The notes beneath the pieces were generated by a model. The model was not told the DNA's origin. It made no database searches and was given only the letters and a program-made list of their open reading frames with translations. The position numbers and the translations under genes were made by a program. Source: Deltaproteobacteria bacterium (GTDB lineage Bacteria; Myxococcota_A; UBA9160; SZUA-336). From it: a stretch of 64,000 bases of DNA. Positions 33,249-42,895 of the stretch are shown piece by piece. The stretch is from positions 2,670 to 66,669 of the forward strand of contig JAJDAJ010000054.1 of NCBI GenBank assembly GCA_029261925.1, written 5' to 3'. Each line of letters begins with the position of its first letter. Position 1 is the stretch's first letter.

Positions 33249-33815
33249 ATGGATCGGGGGCGGTGGAGTGTGGCGGATCGCCTGGCGGCGGGGCTGCTGG
33301 GGGTGACCGTCGCGATCGGAGTGCTGCTCCTGGCGCTCGGGCTGGGGGACGTGCCGGCGGGCGTCGGGGGTCGGGTGCATCCGACGTACGGGTCGATGAT
33401 GCACGGCGCCGAGGGTGGGCTCGGGAGGCGGCCGGACCTGCTCTGGGGCGGGTGGCTCTACGGTGCGCTGCAGATCGCGTTCTTCGGGCTCTGCTGGGTG
33501 CTGGCGGTGCGCCGGGCCGGTGGGCTGGGGCGCCTGCGACGCGGAACCTGGCTCGCGTTCCTGGCCTACCAGGCCGGCTGGGCGTGGCTGGTCTACGCGT
33601 ATGCGGTGTACGCGCGCGATCCGGAGGCCACGGCGCTGGTCGGCGCGTTCCCGGTGCCGACCGCGGTGATGGTGTACGTGGTCTGGCCGCTGCCCCTGCT
33701 GTTCACCGGACTGTACCTCTGGCGGTTCACCGAGCAGATCCACACGCCCGACGATGAGCGGCGCCTGGCCGAGCTGCTGGAGCGCCACCGCACGGGACCG
33801 GGGGACCGCGCTTGA
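33249..33815 (+). CDS. Multi-pass membrane protein coupled to an SSS symporter
   Basis: About 4 hydrophobic segments; TTGA overlap with the symporter start. Confidence 0.7.
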   Translation: MDRGRWSVADRLAAGLLGVTVAIGVLLLALGLGDVPAGVGGRVHPTYGSMMHGAEGGLGRRPDLLWGGWLYGALQIAFFGLCWVLAVRRAGGLGRLRRGTWLAFLAYQAGWAWLVYAYAVYARDPEATALVGAFPVPTAVMVYVVWPLPLLFTGLYLWRFTEQIHTPDDERRLAELLERHRTGPGDRA

Positions 33816-35305
33816 GCGACCGCGGCCTGATCACGCTGGTCTGCGTGCTGGTCTACCTGGTGTTCTGCCTGGGGACCGGCGTCTGGGCGATGCGGCGCAC
33901 GCACTCGAGCCGGGACTTCTTCGTGGCCGGCCGGAGCCTCGGCGTGTGGGTCAGCGGGATCGCCATCTTCTCGAGCACGCTCAGCGGCTTCGGGTTCGTG
34001 GGTGGGCCGGGTCTCACGTACAGCATGGGCATGAGCTCGGTGTGGATGATCCTGTCCGCGATGACGGGATACACGCTCGCCTTCGCGCTGCTGGCGCGGC
34101 GTCTGCGCGTCATCTCGGAGCTCCGGGACAGCGTCTCCCTGCCCGACGTCGTCGCGGCGCGCTACGGCAGCCGGAGCGCGGGTGCACTGATGGCCGTGGC
34201 GCTGCTGGTCGGCGTGATGGGCTACCTGGCCACGCAGATGCTGGCGATGGCCCGCGTGCTCCAGGACGTCCTGGCGGCGGTCCCGGCCATCGGAGAGCTG
34301 CACCTGGTCACCTGCGTCGCGATCTCGACGGCGGTGCTCCTGTTCTACTGTGTGACCGGCGGAGTCATCGCCGGCGTCTACACGGATCTGGTTCAGGGCG
34401 CCATGATGATCGTGGCCGCCCTGCTGGTCGTGCTCGCAGCGCAGCAGGCCGTGGACGGCGGATTCAGCGGCATGTCCGCGACGATCCTCGCGGACGATCC
34501 AGAGGCGATCGGGCCCTGGGGCACGCTGGGGATGCTCGCCAGCATGTCGATGTTCTTCCTGTTCCTGCTGGGCAACGCGGGACAGCCCCAGGTCATCACC
34601 AAGTTCATGATGATGCGGCGGGTCTCCGACATCCGACGCGTGCTGCCGCTGGCCGTGATCGCCTATACGCTCTCCGCGCTGCTGTGGATGCTCGTCGGGC
34701 TCTCGATGCGGGCCCTGGTGCTCCAGGGCGGCCACGACGAGCTGGGCAACCCCGACCTGGCGTCTCCGGCATTCCTGCAGGCCTTCGCCCATCCGCTGCT
34801 GGCCGGCCTGGTATTCGCGGGGCTGCTGGCCGCGATCATGTCCACCGCCGATGCCTTCCTCAACATCGGCGCGGCCGCGCTCGTCAACGACCTGCCCCGC
34901 GCGCTGCGCGGGCGCCCCCTGGAGCCGGCGCTTCCGGCCGCGCGCATCGCGACCGTGCTGATCGGCGTCCTGGCAGCGGCCTTCGCGCTCTACTCGCACT
35001 ACGCGAACGAGCGGCTGCTCGCGCTGCTCGGCGTCTTCGGTGCAGCGACCTTCACGGCGGCGATCGTCCCCGCGGTCGCGATCGGCTTCAACTGGCGCCG
35101 CGCCACGGGGACCGCCGCGAGCGTCTCGATCGGGGCCAGCGTCGTGATCAACCTGGGCATCGAGATCGCCGACGTGACCCTGCCTTACGGCATCCACGGC
35201 GGGATCCCCGCACTGATCGTCTCGCTGGTCCTGTTCCTGGGGATCTCGCTGATGTCGCCCCCGCCGCGCCTCGATCCGGACATCGAGGCGGCGCTGGAGC
35301 TCTGA
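33812..35305 (+). CDS. Sodium:solute symporter (PutP/PanF family)
   Basis: DFFVAGRSLG, SGFGFVGGPG, YTDLVQG, GQPQV, LAAIMSTAD; many TM helices. Confidence 0.93.
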   Translation: MSDRGLITLVCVLVYLVFCLGTGVWAMRRTHSSRDFFVAGRSLGVWVSGIAIFSSTLSGFGFVGGPGLTYSMGMSSVWMILSAMTGYTLAFALLARRLRVISELRDSVSLPDVVAARYGSRSAGALMAVALLVGVMGYLATQMLAMARVLQDVLAAVPAIGELHLVTCVAISTAVLLFYCVTGGVIAGVYTDLVQGAMMIVAALLVVLAAQQAVDGGFSGMSATILADDPEAIGPWGTLGMLASMSMFFLFLLGNAGQPQVITKFMMMRRVSDIRRVLPLAVIAYTLSALLWMLVGLSMRALVLQGGHDELGNPDLASPAFLQAFAHPLLAGLVFAGLLAAIMSTADAFLNIGAAALVNDLPRALRGRPLEPALPAARIATVLIGVLAAAFALYSHYANERLLALLGVFGAATFTAAIVPAVAIGFNWRRATGTAASVSIGASVVINLGIEIADVTLPYGIHGGIPALIVSLVLFLGISLMSPPPRLDPDIEAALEL

Positions 35306-35306
35306 G

Positions 35307-36299
35307 CTGGACGGCCCCGTTCGCCTCGGGATCCTCGGCGCGGCGCGCATCGCCCCGGCGGCCGTCATCCGACCCGCCCTCGAGATCCCGGAGGCGCAGG
35401 CGTTCGCCATTGCGGCACGGGATCCCGCGCGAGCGCAGGCGTTCGCCGCCGACCACGGGGTCCCTCGGGTCCACGCGTCCTACGACGCCCTGCTGGCGGA
35501 TCCCGACGTCGAGGCGGTCTACGTGCCGCTGCCCAACGCGCTGCACGCGCACTGGTCGATCCGCGCCCTCGAGGCGGGCAAGCACGTGCTCTGCGAGAAG
35601 CCGTTCGCGTCCAATGCCGAGCAGGCCGCCAGCGTCGCGCTGGTGGCGGAGCGGACCGGGCTCGAGGCCGTCGAGGCCTTCCACTGGCGCTACCACGCGC
35701 TGGCCAGCCGGATGCGCGAGATCGTGGCGAGCGGGGAGCTCGGCGAGATCCGCAGTGTCGAGGCGCATGTCTGCTTCCCGCTGCTCTCGCGCGGCGACAT
35801 CCGCTACCGGCTCGACCTCGCCGGGGGCGCGCTGATGGACGCGGGCTGCTACGCCGTCTCGGTCGTGCGCCACCTGGCCGGCGCCGAGCCCGAGGTGACC
35901 TCGGCCCGGGTCAGGCTGGCGTCCCCGCAGGTGGACCGCTGTGCCTCGGCGGAGCTGCGCTTCGCCGACGGTCGCGAGGGACGGATCAGCTGCTCGCTGC
36001 TCTCGGCTCGCCTGCTGCGCGTGAGCGCGCGCGTGCGCGGGAGTCGCGGTCAGATGGCCGTGATCAATCCGATCGCGCCCCACGTCTGGCACCGGCTGCG
36101 CGTGCGCACGCGCGACGGGCGCCGGACCGAGCGGGTCCACGGTGAGTCCACCTACACCGCACAGCTGCGCGCATTCGTCGGCCGGCTGCGCGGCGGCCCT
36201 GCCCTGCCGACCGACGCCGAGGACGCGGTCGCGAACCAGCGCGTCATCGACGCCGTGTACGTCGCTGCCGGACTCGTGCGCCGCGGATACACCCGCTGA
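35307..36299 (+). CDS. Gfo/Idh/MocA oxidoreductase (probable CTG start)
   Basis: Frame extends upstream of the tracked ORF to (L)DGPVRLGILGAARIA; GKHVLCEKP, GGALMDAGCY. Confidence 0.88.
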   Translation: MDGPVRLGILGAARIAPAAVIRPALEIPEAQAFAIAARDPARAQAFAADHGVPRVHASYDALLADPDVEAVYVPLPNALHAHWSIRALEAGKHVLCEKPFASNAEQAASVALVAERTGLEAVEAFHWRYHALASRMREIVASGELGEIRSVEAHVCFPLLSRGDIRYRLDLAGGALMDAGCYAVSVVRHLAGAEPEVTSARVRLASPQVDRCASAELRFADGREGRISCSLLSARLLRVSARVRGSRGQMAVINPIAPHVWHRLRVRTRDGRRTERVHGESTYTAQLRAFVGRLRGGPALPTDAEDAVANQRVIDAVYVAAGLVRRGYTR

Positions 36300-36347
36300 C
36301 CGTCGGCAGCGGTGACGGCGCTCGCCGGCATTCTTATACTCCGCGCG

Positions 36348-36629
36348 ATGGACGCACCCGCGCAGTTCAGCCCGCCCCCGCTCGAGGCGCGTCAGTACCT
36401 GCTCACGCTGATCCTGCTCGGGCTCGGCGCGTGGTGCATTCGCGACGGCTGGTTCAACCCGGACATCGAGCACCGGCTGTTCAACCAGATCGCGGGACCG
36501 GTGCTGATCGCCTGGGCGATCTGGGACGGGCTGCGCATGCGGCGCCGCGAGATCGCCGCCGCCCGGCGAGCCTGGGAGCGGCCGGCGGGGCCCGGTACCC
36601 CGGCCCCGGGCAAGCCCGAGGGAGCCTGA
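36348..36629 (+). CDS. Small 2-TM membrane protein
   Basis: Two hydrophobic segments; sits in an intergenic gap; TATACT -10-like element upstream. Confidence 0.6.
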   Translation: MDAPAQFSPPPLEARQYLLTLILLGLGAWCIRDGWFNPDIEHRLFNQIAGPVLIAWAIWDGLRMRRREIAAARRAWERPAGPGTPAPGKPEGA

Positions 36630-36648
36630 CGCCGGACCCGCGGCGCGG

Positions 36649-37737
36649 CTACATCCAGTCCTGCGGCGCCTCGATCGCGTCGCCCACGATCTCGAGGCAC
36701 TCGTCGACGGTGCCCCACGCCAGGGCGCGGTCCTTGCCGCGGATCGTGAAGAAGTACAGGTCGTTCTCCTCGATGTACCCCTGCCCGCCGTGCAGCTGGT
36801 GGCCGAGCATGGTGACCTCGGGGACCGCCGCCGACGCCGCGGCCTTGCAGGCCGCGACCTGTGCCCGCGTGGCGACACCGCGCTCGAGCGCGTCGAGCGC
36901 CTCGTACGCGAGGAAGCGGCAGCTCTCGACCTCGATGGCCATGTTGGCCGCGTGGTGCTGCACGGCCTGGAAGGTGCCTATGGCGCGACCGAACTGCTCA
37001 CGGATCGAGGTGTAGGCCACGGTCTGCTCGAGCGAGACCTGCATGCAGCTCACGATCTGTACCGAGGTGAGCGCCCGCGCCACGTCGGTCAGGCAGGCCA
37101 GCCCCTCGGGTCCGCACAGGCGCTCGCCGGCCACGCCGTCGTAGCGAACGATCGCCTGCGGCGTGCGCCCGATCGTGGGCCGTGGATCGCACTGGACCGC
37201 AGGATCGCGCGCGTCGACCAGATACAGCCCGACCTCCCCGCCGCGACGCGCCGCCACCAGGTGGTGCGTGGCGAACCGGGCGTAGTCGACGAAGTACTTC
37301 TCGCCGCGCAGGCTGCCGTCGCCGGCGACCTCGGCAAGAACCTCGTCGAGGCGATCGCCCGCCTCGAGCAGCGCCGGCACGACGACGATCCGGGCCGCGG
37401 CGATCTGCCGCACGAGCTCGCGCGCCCGCTCCCCCGCGCCGCAGCGCTGCAGCGTGGCTCCGCAGGCCAGCGCCTCGACCACCGGCACGCAGGCCGCGCG
37501 CCGGGCGATCTCCTCCACCAGCAGACCGGCGGCGATCAGGCCCCCGTCGCCCCCGCCCAGGTCGGCCGGGAACGGCGTCGCCAGCCAGCCGAGCTCGCGG
37601 AGCTGCCCCCAGAGCTTCTCGTCGGCCCGGCCCCCCTTCTCGCAGGCGCGCACCTGGTCCAGGTCCACCTCCTTCTGGAGGAACTCGCGCCAGGTGTCGC
37701 GGAGCAGCACCTGGGTGTCGTTGAGATCCAGCTCCAT
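36649..37737 (-). CDS. Acyl-CoA dehydrogenase family protein (short subunit)
   Basis: REQFGRAIGTFQAVQH, HQLHGGQGY. Confidence 0.9.
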   Translation of the reverse strand: MELDLNDTQVLLRDTWREFLQKEVDLDQVRACEKGGRADEKLWGQLRELGWLATPFPADLGGGDGGLIAAGLLVEEIARRAACVPVVEALACGATLQRCGAGERARELVRQIAAARIVVVPALLEAGDRLDEVLAEVAGDGSLRGEKYFVDYARFATHHLVAARRGGEVGLYLVDARDPAVQCDPRPTIGRTPQAIVRYDGVAGERLCGPEGLACLTDVARALTSVQIVSCMQVSLEQTVAYTSIREQFGRAIGTFQAVQHHAANMAIEVESCRFLAYEALDALERGVATRAQVAACKAAASAAVPEVTMLGHQLHGGQGYIEENDLYFFTIRGKDRALAWGTVDECLEIVGDAIEAPQDWM

Positions 37738-37756
37738 CTCGATCGTTCCTCGTGAC

Positions 37757-38917
37757 TCAGCGCGGCATGCCGAGGCCGCGGGTGGCGATGATCGTGCGCT
37801 GCAGCTCGTTGGCCCCGCCGCCGAAGCGCAGGATCGGCGAGGAGCGCCAGGTGCTCTCGGCGCGGCCCTCCAGGGGCGCCAGCGCCCCCGCCTCGCGGTC
37901 GAGGCCGCCGTAGCGCCCGAGCAGGTCCATCGCGGCGTTGCTCAGCTCGTAGCGCAGCTCGCTGCCGTGGATCTTGGTCATCGACGCCTCGTGCGGGCGG
38001 ATCTCACCGCTGGCGATCGTGACCGCGTTGCGCACCGCCAGCGCCCGGTGCTTGAGCAGCTTGACCTTGAGCCGCGCCAGCTCGTGGCGCACGCGCGCGT
38101 CGCCGAGCTTGCCGGGGCGCTCCTCGCGCAGGTGCGCGATCAGGCTGTCGAAGAGCACCGCGAGGTTCCCCGTGCTCGACAGCCCGACGCGCTCGTGGTT
38201 CAGCGCGTGCATGATGATCGTCCAGCCGCCGTTGAGCGGACCGACGAGGTTCTCCCTGGGCACGCGGACGTTGTCGTAGAACGTCTCGTTCGTGCGCACG
38301 TTCGACATCGTCCACAGCGGCCGCACGCTCACGCCGGGGGTGTCGATCGGCACGATGATCATCGAGATGCCCTGGTGTCGCGGCGCATCGGGATCGGTAC
38401 GGCACGCCAGCCAGATGTGCGTCGCCGACTCCGCGCCCGACGTCCAGATCTTCTGGCCCTGGATCTGCCAGTGGTCGCCGTCGAGGACGGCGCGCGTCCG
38501 CAGGCTGGCCAGGTCCGAGCCCGCATTGGGCTCGCTGTAGCCGATCGCGTAGCGGTGATCGCCGCTCCAGATCGGCGGCAGCAGCTCCGCCTTCTGCGCC
38601 TCGCTGCCGAACTGCAGCAGCGCGGGGGCCACCGAGGTGTAGGTGAGGCTGCCGTACGGCATGCCCCAGTACTCCATGACCTCGACGTAGACGAACTGGT
38701 ACAGCGGGTTCAGATCCCGGCCGCCGTAGGCCTCGGGCCAGCACATGCGGCTCCAGCCCCGCTCGTTGATCTCGTCCTGGAAGCGGCGCACCAGGGGGCC
38801 GCCGCCACCATGGTTCTGGCGGTACTCGTCGAGCAGCTCGGGCGTGCGCCACTTCTGGATGAACTCGGTGAGCTCGCCGCGGAAGTCGAGCAGCTCCTGG
38901 GGCCAGGTGTAGTCCAC
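37757..38917 (-). CDS. Acyl-CoA dehydrogenase (FadE29/FadE26-like catalytic subunit)
   Basis: GYSEPNAGSDLASL, GQKIWTS, NETFYDNVRVP, LNHER, FGGGANELQR. Confidence 0.92.
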   Translation of the reverse strand: MDYTWPQELLDFRGELTEFIQKWRTPELLDEYRQNHGGGGPLVRRFQDEINERGWSRMCWPEAYGGRDLNPLYQFVYVEVMEYWGMPYGSLTYTSVAPALLQFGSEAQKAELLPPIWSGDHRYAIGYSEPNAGSDLASLRTRAVLDGDHWQIQGQKIWTSGAESATHIWLACRTDPDAPRHQGISMIIVPIDTPGVSVRPLWTMSNVRTNETFYDNVRVPRENLVGPLNGGWTIIMHALNHERVGLSSTGNLAVLFDSLIAHLREERPGKLGDARVRHELARLKVKLLKHRALAVRNAVTIASGEIRPHEASMTKIHGSELRYELSNAAMDLLGRYGGLDREAGALAPLEGRAESTWRSSPILRFGGGANELQRTIIATRGLGMPR

Positions 38918-38946
38918 GGGTCCTCCGTCGCGCCGGCGGCGCGAAT

Positions 38947-38960
38947 TGCAACACGTTTCA
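38947..38960. promoter_or_regulatory. KstR-like palindromic operator
   Basis: TGCAACACGTTTCA fits TnnAACnnGTTnnA, 30 bp upstream of the ACAD pair. Confidence 0.5.
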
Positions 38961-39004
38961 CTCCCCGGCTCAAGCGGACGCAGAGCGCAGACGGCCGGGT
39001 CTGC

Positions 39005-39033
39005 CTGACAGCCCGGGCCCGTGCGGCTAGGCT
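39005..39033 (+). promoter_or_regulatory. Sigma70-type promoter
   Basis: CTGACA-N17-TAGGCT. Confidence 0.5.
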
Positions 39034-39057
39034 CCCGCTCGCGAGACGGAGGAGCCC

Positions 39058-39198
39058 ATGCCCGAGTTCACGATCGACGAGGAGATCCAGGCACCGGCGG
39101 GTCAGGTCTGGCCCGTGCTGGCCGACTTCGGCGGCGAGGACATGAGGGGCGCCTACGGCGGCGCGATCCGGGGGCTCCGGGAGCTCGTCGAGAAGTAG
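39058..39198 (+). pseudogene. Internally deleted SRPBCC/polyketide-cyclase gene remnant (46 aa)
   Basis: GGAGGAG RBS; MPEFTIDEEIQAPAGQVWPVLADFGG joined directly to YGGAIRGLRELVEK*. Confidence 0.6.
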
Positions 39199-39220
39199 CC
39201 CGCGCGGCGGAGGATCGAGC

Positions 39221-40255
39221 GTGTCCCGGCGCAGCGCCACCATGCAGGACGTGGCGACGGCCGCGGGCGTGGCCCTCAAGACGGTCTCGCGCGTGGTCAA
39301 CTCCGAGGCGGGCGTCAGCGACGCCACGCGCGAGCGGGTCGAGGCCGCGATCGCCGAGCTGGGCTACGTGCCCAACGCGCCGGCGCGCCGCCTCGCCGGC
39401 GGCCGCGCGGGTCTGCTGGGTCTCGTCTCGTTCGTCGATCCGCACGGCGACGCGGGCGTGGGCGCGACGGCCGAGCTGCAGCGCGGCGCGCTCGCGCGCT
39501 GCCGCGCCGAGGGCCTTGGCATACTGCTGCACCCGTGGATCGACGGCGGACCCCTCGACGTCGAGTCGGCGCTGCGGCTGATCGAGCAGCGCAGCGTGGA
39601 TGCGCTGATCGTGACGCCCCCCGCCGACACGCCCGAGCTGCTCGGCGGACTGCGCGAGCTGGATCTGCCCCACGTGCTGATCTCGCCGTCCGAGGACGCC
39701 GGCGACTCGCCGCAGGTGGTCTGCACCGAGCGCCGGGGTACGCGCGACATGACGCGCTACCTGCACTCTCTCGGTCACCGGCGGATCGCGTTCGTGACCG
39801 GGCCGCCGGGAACCGCGGCCCGCCGCGAGCGACTCGACGGCTTCATCTCGAGCCTGCGCGAGGCCGGCAGCGAGCCGGACCCGGGGCTGATCGTGCAGGG
39901 CAGCACCAGCTTCCGCTCCGGCCTCTCGTCGGGGCGGCTGCTGCTCGACCGCTCCGACCCGCCCACGGCGATCCTGTGCTGGCTCGACGAGGTGGCGGCG
40001 GGCGTGCTGGCCGCCGCGCACCAGCTCGGGCTCAGCGTGCCGACCGATGTGTCGATCGCCGGCCACGGCGACGTGCCCCTGGCGGGCCGCACCTGGCCCG
40101 CCCTGAGCACGGTGCGCCAGCCGCTCGCCGACATGGGCGCGGCCGCTGCGGGGCTGGCGCTGCGCGCGCTGCGCGGGGAGGCCATCGCCGGCACCTGCGT
40201 GGAGCTGCGCACGGAGCTGGTGATCCGCGAGACCACCGCCAACGCACCGGGCTGA
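39221..40255 (+). CDS. LacI family transcriptional regulator
   Basis: ATMQDVATAAGVALKTVSRVVN, LGYVPN, LGHRRIAF, LSTVRQP. Confidence 0.95.
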   Translation: MSRRSATMQDVATAAGVALKTVSRVVNSEAGVSDATRERVEAAIAELGYVPNAPARRLAGGRAGLLGLVSFVDPHGDAGVGATAELQRGALARCRAEGLGILLHPWIDGGPLDVESALRLIEQRSVDALIVTPPADTPELLGGLRELDLPHVLISPSEDAGDSPQVVCTERRGTRDMTRYLHSLGHRRIAFVTGPPGTAARRERLDGFISSLREAGSEPDPGLIVQGSTSFRSGLSSGRLLLDRSDPPTAILCWLDEVAAGVLAAAHQLGLSVPTDVSIAGHGDVPLAGRTWPALSTVRQPLADMGAAAAGLALRALRGEAIAGTCVELRTELVIRETTANAPG

Positions 40256-40267
40256 GCGGCGGGCCCC

Positions 40268-41428
40268 TCAGTCGAGCGCCAGGATCTCGCGCAGGTTCTC
40301 GCCCATCACGCGCTCCTGCTGCCCCACCGGCAGGCCCGCGAGGGTCTCCCGGAACTCCACCGGGCTCGCCAGACCCTCGGGATGCGGGAAGTCCGAGCCG
40401 AAGAGCACCTGCGAGGCTCCGATCTCTCCGACGAGCGCGACGATGTCCTCCTCGTGGTAAGGCGACACGAAGAGGTGGCGGCGCAGGATGGCGCTCGGGC
40501 GCTCGGTGATGCGGCCGCCGGGCCAGGGGCCGTTGCGTCCCATGCCTCCCATCTTGTCCATCACCCGCATCAGGTACGGGACGAAGAGCGACCCGTTCTC
40601 GACCGAGAGCACGCGCACGCCCGGGAAGCGCCCGAAGAGGTTGCCGAAGATCAGCGCGGCGATCGTGTCCATGATCGGCCGGTCGCCGTAGAAGCACGAC
40701 CACTGGAAGGCCGACTGCAGCTGCGACGACGGGTTCGGCTCCTGCCCGAAGTGCACGCTCATCAGCTCGTTGTAGCCCGACTCCCCGATGTGGAAGGCCA
40801 CCCCGATCCCGGCCTCGTCGATGCGGGCCCAGAACGGATCGAAGTGCGGGTCGGCGGGGGATCGGCCGGCCACCGGGCCCGGGCGAAGCGAGATCACGCG
40901 CGCGCCGCGCGCCATCACGAAGCCGAGCTCCTCGACCGCGAGATCCACGTCGACCAGCGAGAGCATCGGTACGCCGAAGATCCGCCCGGCGTGCGCGAAG
41001 CCCCAGTCCTCGTCGAGCCAGCGGTTGAACGCGCGCAGGTTGGCGTAGAGCTGCTCGGTGCCGTCGCGCATGAAGTGCTCGAGGCAGACACCGACCGTCG
41101 GGAACAGGAGCGCCGCCTCGAGACCCTGCTCGTCCATCAGCTTCAGACGCGCCGCGCGGTCGCGGTACGCCGGCTGCATGGGCTCGTGGACCGAGCCGCC
41201 GGTCTCGTCGTAGCGCTTGCGGCGCAGCATCTCGCGCAGCGCGCCGGGCCGGCTGTGCGCGTCGAAGTCCCAGCCGTGCAGGAACGTGAACAGACGCTCG
41301 CCGACCCAGATCCGGTCCTGCTCGTCCACCCGCACGGCGCCGGCGCGGTACGCGGGCTCGATGCAGCGCGTGCCGAAGTCGCGCGGCTCGTAGTAGTGGT
41401 TGTCGGCGTCGACGGGCAGTCGGTTCAC
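40268..41428 (-). CDS. Amidohydrolase_2 family metallo-dependent hydrolase
   Basis: DADNHYYE, FHIG, VENG, FGSDFPHPEG; GGAGG RBS before GTG 41428. Confidence 0.9.
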   Translation of the reverse strand: MNRLPVDADNHYYEPRDFGTRCIEPAYRAGAVRVDEQDRIWVGERLFTFLHGWDFDAHSRPGALREMLRRKRYDETGGSVHEPMQPAYRDRAARLKLMDEQGLEAALLFPTVGVCLEHFMRDGTEQLYANLRAFNRWLDEDWGFAHAGRIFGVPMLSLVDVDLAVEELGFVMARGARVISLRPGPVAGRSPADPHFDPFWARIDEAGIGVAFHIGESGYNELMSVHFGQEPNPSSQLQSAFQWSCFYGDRPIMDTIAALIFGNLFGRFPGVRVLSVENGSLFVPYLMRVMDKMGGMGRNGPWPGGRITERPSAILRRHLFVSPYHEEDIVALVGEIGASQVLFGSDFPHPEGLASPVEFRETLAGLPVGQQERVMGENLREILALD

Positions 41429-41477
41429 GAGACCTCCGGCGTCCATTCCAGCCGGCCGGCGGTCCCGGGTCAAGCGC

Positions 41478-42557
41478 TCAGGTCAGCGTATCCCAGCCGC
41501 CGCAGGTCGGGCAGCGCCAGTGCAGCTCGGCGCTGGGCGCCCCGCAGGCCCCGCACTGCAGGCGGCGCTCGCCGGGGGGCAGGCGCTCGACGAGCTCCTC
41601 GTAGGCCTTGCGCCCGCCGTCCTCGCGGCCGGCCCGGACCAGGGCGCGGGCCAGCTCCGCGCGCGCCGCCAGGTGCTCCGGTGCGCGCGCGACCAGGCGC
41701 TCGAGCAGCTCGATCGCCTCGCCGAGCTCGCCCCGCTCCAGCAGCACGCGCGCCAGCCAGCCCGCGGCCTCGAGATCGTCGCGGTTCGCGTCGAGCCGCT
41801 CGTGCAGCAGGGTCGCGAGCCCGCCGAGATCGTCGGCCGCCCGGTGTGCCTCGAGCAGGCGCGGCAGGATCAGGCGGCCGATCTCCGGATGCAGGTCCAG
41901 CGTGCTCCGGAAGTGCGCGATCGCCCGATCCGCGCGGCCGGCGCGCAGCTGCTGGTCTCCGAGCGCCACGTGCGCCTCGGCGCAGCCGCGGTCCTGGGCC
42001 AGGGCGCGCCTGAACGCGCGCCGCGCCTGGGCCTCATCGCCGTCTCGCACGTGCGTGTTGCCCAGGCCGACCCAGAGGTGCGCCAGCACCCGGCGCGTGT
42101 CGGGGTCACGCGACCCGAGCCGGCGCCGCAGGCGGATGGCCTGCTCCCAGTCGCCCTGCTCCAGGGCGATCTCCTCCAGGGCACGCAGCGCCTCGGGGTG
42201 GCGCGGCCGCTGCTCCAGCAGCTCCTGGAACGAGGCCTCGGCTCGCCCCAGGAAGCCGCCCACGCGGAAATCCAGTGCGAGCCCCAGCAGGGCCTCGGTC
42301 TGGAGGTCCGCCGGAAGGTCCTGGCGCAGCAGCAGGTTCTGGTGGATCTGGATCGCCCGGCCGATCTCGCCGCGGGCCCGGTACACATTGGCGAGCGCCA
42401 GGTAGGCGTCGGACGACGAGGAGTCCAGGCGCGCGGCCTCGGCCAGCGCCACCTCGGCACCGGCCAGGTCGCCCGAGAGCACGTGGCTGAGGGCCGCGCG
42501 CAGCTGGGAGACGACCGTCTCGGGATCCGGCTCCGACCTGCCGCGCCGCCAGCGCAC
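41478..42557 (-). CDS. lapB: LPS assembly protein B (TPR + rubredoxin-like zinc finger)
   Basis: GEIGRAIQIHQNLL, TPRs, CGACG...WRCPTCGGW; follows lapA. Confidence 0.88.
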   Translation of the reverse strand: MRWRRGRSEPDPETVVSQLRAALSHVLSGDLAGAEVALAEAARLDSSSSDAYLALANVYRARGEIGRAIQIHQNLLLRQDLPADLQTEALLGLALDFRVGGFLGRAEASFQELLEQRPRHPEALRALEEIALEQGDWEQAIRLRRRLGSRDPDTRRVLAHLWVGLGNTHVRDGDEAQARRAFRRALAQDRGCAEAHVALGDQQLRAGRADRAIAHFRSTLDLHPEIGRLILPRLLEAHRAADDLGGLATLLHERLDANRDDLEAAGWLARVLLERGELGEAIELLERLVARAPEHLAARAELARALVRAGREDGGRKAYEELVERLPPGERRLQCGACGAPSAELHWRCPTCGGWDTLT

Positions 42558-42564
42558 GCGTCCG

Positions 42565-42885
42565 CTAGCCCGTGTTCACGCGGGTCTTGGTCGTCTCGTC
42601 GAGCGGCACCGTGCGCAGCGCATGGACCTCCTGCTCGAGCTGCGAGATGCGCTTCTTGCTGCGGCGCAGCCGCAGCTTCAGGCGCATCATCGGCAGCGAG
42701 ACGACCAGCGCAGACAGGCCCGCGCCCAGGAGCGTCGAGACCGCCAGTGCGGCCCAGAGCGGCACGTCGTCGAAGCGGGTCAGGTACAGGTCGATGACCG
42801 CGATGTTCAGGCTGTTGAGCGAGCCGATGTAGACCAGTCCCGCGCAGGCGGCGATCACGATCAGCACGACCAGCCAGACGCGCAC
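42565..42885 (-). CDS. lapA: LPS assembly protein A (DUF1049)
   Basis: Two TM segments plus basic coiled-coil tail; between ihfB and lapB. Confidence 0.82.
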   Translation of the reverse strand: MRVWLVVLIVIAACAGLVYIGSLNSLNIAVIDLYLTRFDDVPLWAALAVSTLLGAGLSALVVSLPMMRLKLRLRRSKKRISQLEQEVHALRTVPLDETTKTRVNTG

Positions 42886-42895
42886 GGCGTCCGGC

